The notes: generated from the sequence alone by a model not told the origin. A DNA stretch of 64,000 bases from an uncultured Verrucomicrobiae bacterium (GCA_963719495.1 CAVRCI010000013.1:576001-640000); one strand, 5' to 3'; positions 49,906 to 59,500 are shown, counted from the first letter of the stretch. A program made the numbers and translations.

Positions 49906-50871
49906 ATGCCAACCCTCGCCCGCGCCACCTGGATCGAGCGAGCCGCCGCTCACCACGCCCGGGTCGACCCGTGGATCGACCCTCACCTCGCCCGCACGAG
50001 CCGCGGCGAGAAGCATCCGGTCCACGACTTCCTCTTCGAATACTACCACCACCGCCCGTCGCACCTTCGCCGCTGGCACCCCGGCCTCGGGCTTGCGCTC
50101 GAGGACGCCGAAGAGTTCGCCGATCTCCCGCTTTACCGCACCACCGAGACCGGCTTCACCACCGCCGACCCAACGCTCCTCAAACCCAACCGCCGCGACG
50201 CCGTCGATTGGATCGCGACCCTCCTCCGCTCCATCGCGTCGCGCCCCCCGGCCTTCGGCTGCGCCGGTCTGCACGAATGGGCCATGGTCCATCGCGCCGA
50301 CCAGATCCGCCACCCCGCGCACCCGCTCCGCCTGAGTCCCGCCGAAACGGACGCCGTGGTCGAGTCCCTCCCGATCCGCTGCACGCACTTCGACGCCTTC
50401 CGGTTTTTCACGCCCACCGCCCGCCCATTGAACACCCGCCAGCCGTCCCGCGAGACCATCCCCGATCTCGAGCAAGGCGGCTGCCTCCACGCCAACATGG
50501 ATCTCTACAAATGGGCGTTCAAACTCAGCCCCTTCACGTCATCCGAGTTCGTCGCCGATACCTTCGCCCTCGCCCGCGAGATCCGGGAAATCGACATGCG
50601 CGCCAGCCCCTACGACTTCACCACCCTGGGGTTTGATCCCATCCCCATCGAAACCGCCGAGGGCCGCGCAACCTACGAGCGGCATCAGCGAACGTTCGCC
50701 GACCGAGCCAACCCGCTCCGCCACCAACTCATCGAAGTCTGCGCGGCAATCAAAGCGGAGCTCCCCGTGGCATCGGGTTGCCTGCGGCGGTTTGCCCAAG
50801 GGCGATCTCCCGCTCCGCCTAAGTTTCCGCTTCGCTCCGGCGCCAGCCGGTCACCAACCCCAATCGGCTGA
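49906..50871 (+). CDS. Conserved protein usually annotated as 3-methyladenine DNA glycosylase (function unverified)
   Basis: KHPVHDFLFEYY, GCAGLHEWAMV, CTHFDAFRFFT, EQGGCLHANMDLYKW and DMRASPYD. Confidence 0.8.
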   Translation: MPTLARATWIERAAAHHARVDPWIDPHLARTSRGEKHPVHDFLFEYYHHRPSHLRRWHPGLGLALEDAEEFADLPLYRTTETGFTTADPTLLKPNRRDAVDWIATLLRSIASRPPAFGCAGLHEWAMVHRADQIRHPAHPLRLSPAETDAVVESLPIRCTHFDAFRFFTPTARPLNTRQPSRETIPDLEQGGCLHANMDLYKWAFKLSPFTSSEFVADTFALAREIREIDMRASPYDFTTLGFDPIPIETAEGRATYERHQRTFADRANPLRHQLIEVCAAIKAELPVASGCLRRFAQGRSPAPPKFPLRSGASRSPTPIG

Positions 50872-50955
50872 AAGCCGATCAAACGCACTCAGCCAAGCGG
50901 GGTGGGGGCGTCCCGCCCGCACGATCCAAACCCGAGGACGAGACGTCCTCGCCCC
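50767..50955. repeat. REP family B with nested core, followed by REP family A
   Basis: Aligns by eye to 59385-59500 and to 496-557. Confidence 0.8.
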
Positions 50956-50974
50956 ATCGTTCGTCCCAACCGAC

Positions 50975-52879
50975 TCACCCAAACATCTCGCGCACCACGT
51001 CCGCGTATTTGTCCGCGATCACGTGCCGCTTCAACTTGAGCGTCGCCGTCATTTCATCACCGATTTCGAAAGCCTTCGGAACGAACCGCCACGCCACGAC
51101 GCGCTCGAACGGTTTGAACCCCGTCTCGCCGCTCACCAGCCGCCGCACTTCCGCCGCGACTTTCTCCCGGGCCACTTCGCTCCCCATCACGTCCGAGATC
51201 GACCCCACCGCGACCCCCGCCGCCGCAAAGCTCGCGACCGTCGGCACGATCAAAGCCCCCAGACACTTTTCGTCCTGTCCCACGACCATGCACTGGTCGA
51301 TCAAATCGGATTGCATCAGCTTACCCTCGATCGGCACGGGTTCGACGTTCTCACCACTCTGGAGAACGATCGTATCCTTCGAGCGGCCGAGAATTTTCAG
51401 GCAGTCGTTGAACGTCACCATCCCGATGTCGCCGGTGTTCAGCCAGCCGTCGCGCAGCACGTGCGCCGTATTCTCCGGGTCTTTGTAATAACCTTTCATG
51501 ATCTGCGGCCCACTCGCGTGAATGCCACCGCGCAGACCGCGCCCGCCGCCCCGCCGGGCCGGATCCGGATACAACACCGCGCCGGTCTCCAAATCGACGA
51601 TCCGAATCTTCGTCTCCGGATAAGGCGCGCCCACCGAGCCGATCACCAGATTATCCCACGTCCGCACCGCCAGCACCGGAGTCGTCTCGGTGAGTCCGTA
51701 ACCCTCGAGCACCGGAATCCCAATGAAGTTGAAAAACTCGTCCACGTGCCGCTGCAAAGCCCCGCCCCCGCTGACCGTGCCGCGAAATTCCCCGCCGACG
51801 ATCTCCCGCACGTTTTTCAGGACAATCGGATCGAGCACCCGGTAGGGAACGGTAAAAACCGCCCGGTTGAGCGCGTGTCCGAGCCCCTCGCGAAGTTTCG
51901 CGCCAATCGACCGCCCGGCCAAGTCCAGGTCCTGCCCGACGAAAAACCGGCGCGCCCGATGCACCTTCTCCGTGCTCGTCGTCGCCAGCCGAAAGAGCGC
52001 TCGCCGGAGCGGCGGGGCGGCCGCGACGTTCGCCATGATCTTGAGGTAAAGGTTTTCCCAGAGCCGCGGCGTCGAGACCATGATGTGCGGTCGCACCGTT
52101 TTGAGATCCGCCGCGATGTGTCGCAGACTCGTGTAGTAGGTGCAGACGCCCCAGCTCATCGCCAGAATCTCGAAGACCCGCTCGTAACTGTGCCAGATCG
52201 GCAGGATCGAAAGCGACCGGTCACCGGGCTGGAAGGGAAATGGCAGATTGCGAACCTGCGACACCATGTTCGCGTGAGTGAGCTGCACCCCCTTCGGCGT
52301 CCCGGTCGTGCCCGACGTGTAGATGATCGTGAAAAGATCGTCCGGCCGAATGCCCGCCAACCGTTCCTCCGCCCGCCGGTCGCCGCCCTCGCGCAGCCGC
52401 CGCCCCATCGCCCGGACGTCGCCCAGCGCCCGCGCCCCGTCCAGCTCGCCCGCCTCGCCGTCCATCACGATCACCTCGCGCAGCCGGGGCAGCTGACCCG
52501 CCCGCACCTTCGCCAGCATCGCGGCGTCCGCCACGATCGCGACCGCCGCGTCGGCGTGATCGAGAATGTATTGCACCTCGCCGACGGTGATGTCCGTCCC
52601 CCGCGGCACGTCGACCGCCCCCGCGATCTGAACCGCGCAATCGCAGATCATCCACTCCAGCCGGTTGTCCGCCAGCAATCCGACGTGGTGCCGCGCCTCG
52701 ACCCCCAACTCGATCAGCCCGGTCGCGAGGTCCAATCCCGCCGCGTAAAGCTCGGCGTAGCTAAAGAAGGCAAACGATCCGTCTTCCGTGCGCGAGGCGA
52801 ACGCCGAGCGATCGCCAAAGGCCTCCGCGCCCAGCCGGAACAGCTCGGCGACGTTCGGGGGAACGACTTGACCGGCCAC
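50975..52879 (-). CDS. Long-chain fatty acid-CoA ligase (AMP-binding)
   Basis: YTSGTTGTPKG, EGYGLTET, TGDIG and GRSKD..GENVEP. Confidence 0.9.
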   Translation of the reverse strand: MAGQVVPPNVAELFRLGAEAFGDRSAFASRTEDGSFAFFSYAELYAAGLDLATGLIELGVEARHHVGLLADNRLEWMICDCAVQIAGAVDVPRGTDITVGEVQYILDHADAAVAIVADAAMLAKVRAGQLPRLREVIVMDGEAGELDGARALGDVRAMGRRLREGGDRRAEERLAGIRPDDLFTIIYTSGTTGTPKGVQLTHANMVSQVRNLPFPFQPGDRSLSILPIWHSYERVFEILAMSWGVCTYYTSLRHIAADLKTVRPHIMVSTPRLWENLYLKIMANVAAAPPLRRALFRLATTSTEKVHRARRFFVGQDLDLAGRSIGAKLREGLGHALNRAVFTVPYRVLDPIVLKNVREIVGGEFRGTVSGGGALQRHVDEFFNFIGIPVLEGYGLTETTPVLAVRTWDNLVIGSVGAPYPETKIRIVDLETGAVLYPDPARRGGGRGLRGGIHASGPQIMKGYYKDPENTAHVLRDGWLNTGDIGMVTFNDCLKILGRSKDTIVLQSGENVEPVPIEGKLMQSDLIDQCMVVGQDEKCLGALIVPTVASFAAAGVAVGSISDVMGSEVAREKVAAEVRRLVSGETGFKPFERVVAWRFVPKAFEIGDEMTATLKLKRHVIADKYADVVREMFG

Positions 52880-52884
52880 GGTCC

Positions 52885-53127
52885 CTACCGGCGTTGCCGC
52901 GGCGGCCGACCGCTTTCGCGGAAGGTGATGCGCGCTTTCGTCAGATCGTAGGGCGAGAGCTCGATAGTCACCGCGTCACCGGGAACGATGCGGATGAAGT
53001 GCTTGCGCATCTTTCCGGAGATGTGCGCGAGAACGAGATGACCGTTCGGAAGTTTCACACGAAACATTGTGCCGGGTAACACGTCGGTGACGACGCCTTG
53101 ACTGGTAATTGCTTCCTCTTTTGCCAT
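52885..53127 (-). CDS. infA: Translation initiation factor IF-1
   Basis: [37 protein letters not shown]. Confidence 0.97.
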   Translation of the reverse strand: MAKEEAITSQGVVTDVLPGTMFRVKLPNGHLVLAHISGKMRKHFIRIVPGDAVTIELSPYDLTKARITFRESGRPPRQRR

Positions 53128-53138
53128 GCGGGAGCGGA

Positions 53139-54233
53139 CTAGTAGTCGCAAACCGTTTCGAAATCAACCCACTTTACGAGCGAAGCCAAATTCCCCACGC
53201 CCTCCGCGTGCCACGTCAGCGGTGGATTCTGCATCCGCCCAAGCGCGCAAATCCGCGAAACCGGCAGCCCCGAGACGCGCCCGGCGTTCGCCTCGGTCAC
53301 CGGCCAGATCCCCACCGCCGCCAGCCACGGTGCGACCGGGGCGAGCGCAAACTCGAAATCTTCCGGCAAGGGTTTCACGAAGACGACGCGGTTCAGCGGC
53401 GACGTCGCGAACCACGCGTCCTCCTCGAAAATGACGGTCCAATCCGTCCCGCCCTCGCTCGCCCACAACTGCGTCCGCACGTCGCTCGCCGACCGGAACG
53501 CGTAGCTGGCCCGCAAATCCACGATCGCCGCCGCCTCGCCGATTCCAAGCCGCCGCCGCGGCGTGTGCGCATTGAATTCCGCCATCTCGCGAGCCAACTC
53601 CGCCGCGAAGCCCCGCGCCGTCAGATCCCCGCCCTCCGCGACGTAGATCACGTGCGGCGAAAGGCACCCCTGCTGATCGAACAGCGAAACATCCCGCGCC
53701 GCCCGCCGAGCCGCCTTCCCGCCGTCTTCGAACACGACCCCGAAACTCACCCGATGTCCGTGCGCCTGAAACGGCACCCCCACCGGTGTCCGCCGCCGAA
53801 ATTCCGCCACCGTCTCGTCGCTTCCAAAAACCACCACCGCACCGGCTTCCCGCAGCCAGGTATCCGGCAACGCCTCCGCCAGCTCGACCCGCTCCCGCAA
53901 TTCCTCCGGCAGCGCCCCCACGAACACTCCAACTTCCGCCAGCCCGCCCTGCGGCAATTTCACCCGATTCCGCGACCCCAACAGCAGCCCCCGCACCAGA
54001 CTCTGCAAAGCTCCGTGCGGCGTATTCCCGCTCACCACGTGCAAAATAATCTCCGGCGCCACCACCCGAGCCCGCCGCGAACCATAACCCGCAAACCCAT
54101 CGAGAATCCCATCGCCGCCCAACTCCAAACGAATCACCTCGAGCAAATCGTCCACCGTCACCGTCCCCAACAAATCCACCACAACCCCCGCGGCCTCCGC
54201 AATCGCCCCCGCCCGCTTCATCGTAGTCATCAT
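53139..54233 (-). CDS. LuxC-like acyl-CoA reductase
   Basis: [28 protein letters not shown] and [11 protein letters not shown]. Confidence 0.82.
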   Translation of the reverse strand: MMTTMKRAGAIAEAAGVVVDLLGTVTVDDLLEVIRLELGGDGILDGFAGYGSRRARVVAPEIILHVVSGNTPHGALQSLVRGLLLGSRNRVKLPQGGLAEVGVFVGALPEELRERVELAEALPDTWLREAGAVVVFGSDETVAEFRRRTPVGVPFQAHGHRVSFGVVFEDGGKAARRAARDVSLFDQQGCLSPHVIYVAEGGDLTARGFAAELAREMAEFNAHTPRRRLGIGEAAAIVDLRASYAFRSASDVRTQLWASEGGTDWTVIFEEDAWFATSPLNRVVFVKPLPEDFEFALAPVAPWLAAVGIWPVTEANAGRVSGLPVSRICALGRMQNPPLTWHAEGVGNLASLVKWVDFETVCDY

Positions 54234-54306
54234 CCCCCGCAACCAAACAGCGCTCCCCAAATCAGAGCAAGAGCATCCCGATCATCCCCCGCGTCCCTCC
54301 CCCCAA

Positions 54307-54386
54307 CTGTCATGTTGAGCGAAGCAAAACATCTCTGGCTTCTCACCATGTATTAGCATTCCACTATTCACCATTCACCATTCACA
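54307..54386 (+). repeat. REP family D copy followed by a short CCATTCA heptamer arm
   Basis: CTGTCATGTTGAGCGAAGCAAAACATCTCTGG; CTATTCACCATTCACCATTCAC. Confidence 0.7.
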
Positions 54387-54405
54387 AATCACCCCACCCC
54401 ACCCC

Positions 54406-55017
54406 ATGCCGGAGAACATCCACACCGAATTCCACCGCTTCCTCACCCCCGCCGACAAGGAAAGCCTCCTCAACCAGCGCGGCGGCGTCTTCTGGTTGAT
54501 CGGCCTCTCCGGCTCCGGCAAATCCACCATCGCCAACGCCGCCGAGCGCACGCTCCACGAAGCCGACCGTTTCACCACCATCCTCGACGGCGACAACCTC
54601 CGCAGCGGCCTCAATTCCAACCTCGGTTTCACCGACGACGACCGCCGGGAGAACATCCGCCGCACCGCCGAAGTCGCCAAGCTCTTCGCCAGCGCCGGCG
54701 TCATCACCTTCGTCTCCCTCATCACCCCCCGCGAAGCCTTCCGCGCCATGGCCCGGGAGATCGTCGGCCCCGCCTACCACGAGATCTTCGTGAGCGCCCC
54801 GTTCGCCCTCTGCGCCGACCGCGATCCCAAGGGCCTCTACAAAAAAGCCGCCGCCGGCGGCGTCGCCAACTTCACCGGCAAAGACAGCTCCTTCGAGCCC
54901 CCGACCAACCCCGATCTCCACCTCGACACCGAAACCACCACCGCCGCCGACTGCGCGAAGCGACTCAGCGACTTCGTCGAGTCGAAGGTGATGGGGTCCA
55001 AAGTCGGAAAGTCATAA
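54406..55017 (+). CDS. cysC: Adenylyl-sulfate kinase
   Basis: GLSGSGKST, LDGDNLR, RRENIRR, RDPKGLY and NFTG. Confidence 0.95.
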   Translation: MPENIHTEFHRFLTPADKESLLNQRGGVFWLIGLSGSGKSTIANAAERTLHEADRFTTILDGDNLRSGLNSNLGFTDDDRRENIRRTAEVAKLFASAGVITFVSLITPREAFRAMAREIVGPAYHEIFVSAPFALCADRDPKGLYKKAAAGGVANFTGKDSSFEPPTNPDLHLDTETTTAADCAKRLSDFVESKVMGSKVGKS

Positions 55018-55078
55018 GGTCGGAAAGTCGAAGTGCGCTGACGCGGTCGCTGACTTTCGACCTTCAGACCTTCGACCT

Positions 55079-56341
55079 CAGGGCCGACGCATCAAAAAAG
55101 ATCGCGATGGAGGAAGTTTGGGCTGGTACTATATTTTCCCGTGCGTAGATGGAGGAGATGCCCGAAACGCATCCCATCCAAAAAAGCCTGATCGAAGAGT
55201 TCAAACGCATAGAAGATCCGCGAGTATCGCGCACTCGCTACCATGAGTTGAGCGACATTCTAGTGATCGCGATCTCGACGCTTTTGTGCGCGGGCACGTC
55301 TTTCTACGACATGGAAGAGTTCGGTCGGGCCAAGGAAAAATGGTTCCGAACGTTTCTGAAGTTGCCCAACGGCATCCCCAGCCACGACACGTTCAATCGC
55401 GTGTTTTCGCTGATCAATCCGGCGAGTTTTCACGAGTGCTTCATGAGGTGGACGCAGAGCGTGCGCGAACACATCGACCGGGAAATCGTCGCCGTCGACG
55501 GCAAAGCCCTCCGCGCAGCCTGCCAGGACGGCGGGAATGTGCGCTTCATCGTCAATGCTTGGGCAACCAGCAATCGACTTGTCCTGGGGCAGCTCGAAGT
55601 GCCCGACAAAACCAACGAAATCACGGCGGTTCCCACGCTGCTGCGAGCGTTGGAACTGCGTGGCTGCATCGTGAGCACCGACGCGATGGGGTGCCAGAAA
55701 GAGATCGCCCGAGAAATCATCGAGGCCGACGCCGATTACGTTCTCGCTCTCAAAGGCAATCACCAAACCGTCCATGAGGAAGTCAAAAGCTTCCTCGATG
55801 CCGAATTTGATCGCGAGCTCCAGAGCCCTCCAGTGCCCAAACCATCCACGAAGAAACCACCAAGCGCTCCCACTTTCGCATTCCTGGAAACCGTCGACAA
55901 AGGCCACGGGCGCTTGGAAATCCGGCGCTATTTCCAAAGCGTCGCCATCGACTGGTTCGCAGACATCAGCCAATGGGAAGGGCTGCAGAGCGTCGGAATG
56001 GTCGAATCCAGCCGCGAAATCAAAGGTCAAATCAGCGTGGAAAGACGCTACTTCCTGAGCAGCCTGCCCCTCGACGTCGGACTTTTCGCTCAAGCCGTCC
56101 GTGGACATTGGGGCGTGGAAAACTCCTGCCACTGGGTCTTGGACGTCATCCTGCGCGAAGATGGTTCCCGCGCTCGAACCGCTCACGCCGCCGAGAATCT
56201 CGCCACCCTGCGCCGCCTCGCCCTAAACCTGCTCTCTCGCGAAAAGTCCAAAAAACGCAGCATCAAGACCAAACAACTCGTCGCAGCCTGGGATCACGAC
56301 TTCCTCCTGCACCTCCTCAATTTTTAGATGCGTCGGCCCTG
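55079..56341 (+). mobile_element. ISAs1-family insertion sequence
   Basis: TIRs CAGGGCCGACGCATC / GATGCGTCGGCCCTG; 10-bp direct repeat CCTTCGACCT at 55069-55078 and 56342-56351. Confidence 0.93.
55149..56327 (+). CDS. ISAs1 (H-repeat) DDE transposase
   Basis: DPR, GIPSHDT, AVDGK, NEIT, DAMGCQ, ALKGN, HGRLE, HWGVEN and HWVLDV. Confidence 0.95.
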   Translation: MEEMPETHPIQKSLIEEFKRIEDPRVSRTRYHELSDILVIAISTLLCAGTSFYDMEEFGRAKEKWFRTFLKLPNGIPSHDTFNRVFSLINPASFHECFMRWTQSVREHIDREIVAVDGKALRAACQDGGNVRFIVNAWATSNRLVLGQLEVPDKTNEITAVPTLLRALELRGCIVSTDAMGCQKEIAREIIEADADYVLALKGNHQTVHEEVKSFLDAEFDRELQSPPVPKPSTKKPPSAPTFAFLETVDKGHGRLEIRRYFQSVAIDWFADISQWEGLQSVGMVESSREIKGQISVERRYFLSSLPLDVGLFAQAVRGHWGVENSCHWVLDVILREDGSRARTAHAAENLATLRRLALNLLSREKSKKRSIKTKQLVAAWDHDFLLHLLNF

Positions 56342-56404
56342 CCTTCGACCTTCCGACTCATTGACATTCGACCTTCCGACTTTCAGACTCCCCCGCTCGA
56401 TCCG

Positions 56405-57310
56405 ATGCCCGATTACAATCTCAGCCACCTTGACCAACTCGAGGCCGAGGCCATTTTCATCCTCCGCGAGACCGCCGCGCAGTTCCGCAAACCCGCCCTC
56501 CTCTTCTCCGGCGGTAAGGATTCCATCCTCATGGCGCACCTCGCGCACAAAGCGTTCTGGCCCTCGAAGCTCCCGTTCCCCCTCGTCCACGTCGACACGG
56601 GCCACAATTTCGACGAGACGATGACCTACCGCGACGCCTACGTCGAAAAGCTCGGTGCCGAGCTCGTCGTCGGCTCCGTCCAGCAATCCATCGACGAAGG
56701 CCGCGTCGTCGAAGAGAAGGGCGTCAACGCCTCCCGCAACAAACTCCAGACCGTCACCCTCCTCGACACCATCGAGGCCAATCAATACGACGCCTGCCTC
56801 GGCGGCGGCCGCCGCGACGAGGAGAAAGCCCGCGCCAAGGAGCGCTTCTTCTCCCACCGCGACGATTTCGGTCAATGGGACCCCAAAAACCAGCGTCCCG
56901 AACTCTGGAATCTCTTCAATGGCCGCAAGAACGAGGGCGAACACTTCCGCGTCTTCCCGCTCTCGAACTTCACCGAGATGGACGTCTGGCTCTACATCCA
57001 GCGCGAGGAGATCGACCTGCCATCCCTCTACTTCTCGCACGAACGCGACGTCTTCGTCCGCAACGGCACGATGCTGGCCGTCACCGACTTCCTGAAGCCG
57101 CAGGAAAACGAAACCGTCGAGCGCAAGGTCGTGCGATTCCGCACCATCGGCGACGCCACCTGCACCGGAGCCGTCGAATCCCACGCCGCCACCCTCGACG
57201 ACATCATCGAGGAAGTCGCCGCCTCGCGCCAAACCGAACGCGGCACCCGCTCCGACGACAAACGTTCCGAGACCTCCATGGAAGACCGCAAACGCGAGGG
57301 GTATTTTTGA
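56405..57310 (+). CDS. cysD: Sulfate adenylyltransferase subunit 2
   Basis: FSGGKDS, HVDTG, RRDEEKARAKER, QRPELW and RFRTIG. Confidence 0.96.
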   Translation: MPDYNLSHLDQLEAEAIFILRETAAQFRKPALLFSGGKDSILMAHLAHKAFWPSKLPFPLVHVDTGHNFDETMTYRDAYVEKLGAELVVGSVQQSIDEGRVVEEKGVNASRNKLQTVTLLDTIEANQYDACLGGGRRDEEKARAKERFFSHRDDFGQWDPKNQRPELWNLFNGRKNEGEHFRVFPLSNFTEMDVWLYIQREEIDLPSLYFSHERDVFVRNGTMLAVTDFLKPQENETVERKVVRFRTIGDATCTGAVESHAATLDDIIEEVAASRQTERGTRSDDKRSETSMEDRKREGYF

Positions 57311-57344
57311 GTCGGAAGGTCGAAGGTCTGAACGTCGAAGGTCG
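57311..57344. repeat. Purine-rich arm (GAAGGTC-type units) upstream of the four-helix-bundle gene
   Basis: GTCGGAAGGTCGAAGGTCTGAACGTCGAAGGTCG, complementary to the downstream array. Confidence 0.8.
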
Positions 57345-57707
57345 ATGAATGCCGAGCGGTTCGAAGATTTGCGCGTCTCGCAGCAAGCTAGGCAACAGGC
57401 GGGTGAGGTCTATGGTCTGATGACTCACTGTCCGAAAGCGTCGCGTGATTTCGGCTTTCGAGACCAGATTCAAAGGGCGGCAGTCTCGGTCATGAATAAC
57501 GTCGCCGAGGGTTTCGAATACCGATCCGACGCCGATTTCGCCCGTTTTCTCGGCCACGCCAAAGGCTCCTGCGCCGAAGTCCGCAGCATGTTCTATCTCG
57601 CCGAAGATCTCGGCTACTGCCGCGAGGCGGATCTGTCCGCCCACCGAGATCGTTCCGAAGTCCTAAGCAAGGGCCTTGCCACCCTCCAAAACTACCTACG
57701 CCAGTAG
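57345..57707 (+). CDS. Four-helix-bundle protein (23S rRNA intervening-sequence protein / Avd-like family)
   Basis: FEDLRV.Q.AR, DFGFRDQIQRAAVSVMNNVAEGF, FL..AKGSCAEVRS and DLGY. Confidence 0.9.
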   Translation: MNAERFEDLRVSQQARQQAGEVYGLMTHCPKASRDFGFRDQIQRAAVSVMNNVAEGFEYRSDADFARFLGHAKGSCAEVRSMFYLAEDLGYCREADLSAHRDRSEVLSKGLATLQNYLRQ

Positions 57708-57714
57708 GCAAATT

Positions 57715-58107
57715 GACCTTCCGACCTTCCGACCTTCCGACCTTCCGACCTTCCGACCTTCCGACCTTCCGACCTTCCGACCTTCCCGACCTTCCCGACC
57801 TTCCGACCTTCCGACCTTCCGACCTTCCAACCTTCCCGACCTTCCCGACCTTCCCGACCTTCCCGACCTTCCCGACCTTCCCGACCTTCCCGACCTTCCG
57901 ACCTTCCCGACCTTCCCGACCTTCCCGACCTTCCCGACCTTCCGACCTTCCCGACCTTCCCGACCTTCCCGACCTTCCGACCTTCCGACCTTCCCGACCT
58001 TCCCGACCTTCCCGACCTTCCGACCTTCCGACCTTCCGACCTTCCCGACCTTCCCGACCTTCCGACCTTCCGACCTTCCCGACCTTCCCGACCTTCCCGA
58101 CCTTCCC
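57715..58107. repeat. Tandem array of 46 units of GACCTTCC (8 bp) and GACCTTCCC (9 bp)
   Basis: Parsed by eye: 21 8-mers and 25 9-mers (one AACCTTCCC variant), 393 bp. Confidence 0.95.
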
Positions 58108-58118
58108 GACCCTCCACC

Positions 58119-59363
58119 ATGGATATTCTACGCTTCACGACCGCTGGCTCCGTCGACGACGGCAAGTCGACCCTCATCGGCCGCCTCCTCTACGACTCCA
58201 AGAGCATTTTCGAGGACCAGATGACCGCCATGGAGGAGAGCTCCAAGCGCCGCGGCGACGCCACCGTCAACCTCGCCCTCCTCACCGACGGGCTGAAAGC
58301 CGAACGCGAACAAGGCATCACCATCGACGTCGCCTACCGCTACTTCGCCACGCCCAAGCGCAAATTCATCATCGCCGACACCCCCGGCCACATCCAATAC
58401 ACGCGCAACATGGTCACCGGCGCGTCGACCGCCAACCTCGCCATCATCCTCATCGACGCCCGCAAAGGCGTCATCGAGCAGACCAAGCGCCACTCCTTCA
58501 TCGCCGACCTCCTCAAGATCCAGCACATCGTCGTCTGCGTGAATAAGATGGATTTGGTCGACTACGACGAAACCGTCTACAACCGGATCGTCGAGGATTA
58601 CAAATCCTTCGTCTCGCGCCAGTCCAGCCTCGTCGATCTCACGACCATCCCGATCAGCGCGCTCAACGGCGACAACGTCGTCGATAAATCCACCACCATG
58701 CCGTGGTACCAGGGTCCCTCCCTGCTCTACTTCCTGGAAACCGTCTACGTCGGCGGCGAACACAACCACGTCGACGCCCGTTTCCCCGTCCAATGGGTCA
58801 TTCGTCCCCAATCCAAGGAGCACCACGACTACCGCGGCTACGCTGGCCGCGTCGCCGGCGGCGTCTTCAAACCCGGCGACGACGTCGTCTGCCTCCCCTC
58901 CGGCTTCGTCACCACCATCAAGGGCATTCATTCCGCCGCCGGCGAACTCGACGAAGCCTTCGCGCCCCAGTCGACCACCCTCACCCTGGCCAACGAGATC
59001 GACATCTCGCGCGGCGACATGATCGCCAAGGCCAACAACCCGCCCAAGGTCGCGCAGGACATCGAGGCCATGATCTGCTGGTTCTCGCAGACCCCCATGC
59101 AGCCTCGCGGCAAATACGTCGTCCGCCACACCACCAACGAGACGCAGGCCGTCATCCGCGAGGTCCGATACCTCGTCGACATCAACACCCTCCACAAGGT
59201 CGAAGGCGCGACCACTTTCGCGCTCAACGACATTGGCCGGATCCAATTCCGCACCGCCGCCCCGCTCATCCACGACTCCTACCGCCGCAACCGCATCACC
59301 GGCTCGTTCATCCTGATCGACCCTCGCACGAACGAAACCGTCGCCGCCGGCATGATCGTGTAA
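58119..59363 (+). CDS. cysN: Sulfate adenylyltransferase subunit 1 (GTPase)
   Basis: GSVDDGKST, EREQGITIDVAY, DTPGH and NKMD; not fused to CysC. Confidence 0.95.
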   Translation: MDILRFTTAGSVDDGKSTLIGRLLYDSKSIFEDQMTAMEESSKRRGDATVNLALLTDGLKAEREQGITIDVAYRYFATPKRKFIIADTPGHIQYTRNMVTGASTANLAIILIDARKGVIEQTKRHSFIADLLKIQHIVVCVNKMDLVDYDETVYNRIVEDYKSFVSRQSSLVDLTTIPISALNGDNVVDKSTTMPWYQGPSLLYFLETVYVGGEHNHVDARFPVQWVIRPQSKEHHDYRGYAGRVAGGVFKPGDDVVCLPSGFVTTIKGIHSAAGELDEAFAPQSTTLTLANEIDISRGDMIAKANNPPKVAQDIEAMICWFSQTPMQPRGKYVVRHTTNETQAVIREVRYLVDINTLHKVEGATTFALNDIGRIQFRTAAPLIHDSYRRNRITGSFILIDPRTNETVAAGMIV

Positions 59364-59384
59364 TTACGAAGCACCGGCCACTCC

Positions 59385-59500
59385 GTGCCATCGGGTTGCC
59401 TTCGGCGGTTTGCCCAAGGGCGATCTCCGGGCCTGCCTCCGATTCCGCTTCGCTCCGGCTCCAGCCGATCACCAACCCAGAATCGGCCGAGGCCGATCAA
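59385..59500. repeat. REP family B with nested core
   Basis: Colinear with 50767-50883. Confidence 0.8.

Noticed and set aside
53139..54233. Bioluminescence operon
   Set aside because: Only a luxC-like gene; no luxA, luxB, luxD or luxE in the window
57345..57707. Diversity-generating retroelement (avd)
   Set aside because: No reverse transcriptase and no TR/VR pair with adenine-specific mismatches recognised in the window
57715..58107. CRISPR array
   Set aside because: Contiguous 8-9-bp units with no unique spacers and no cas genes
57676..58546. ORFs 57676-58224, 57692-58177 and 57713-58546
   Set aside because: Translations of the stop-free tandem repeat that overlap cysN out of frame
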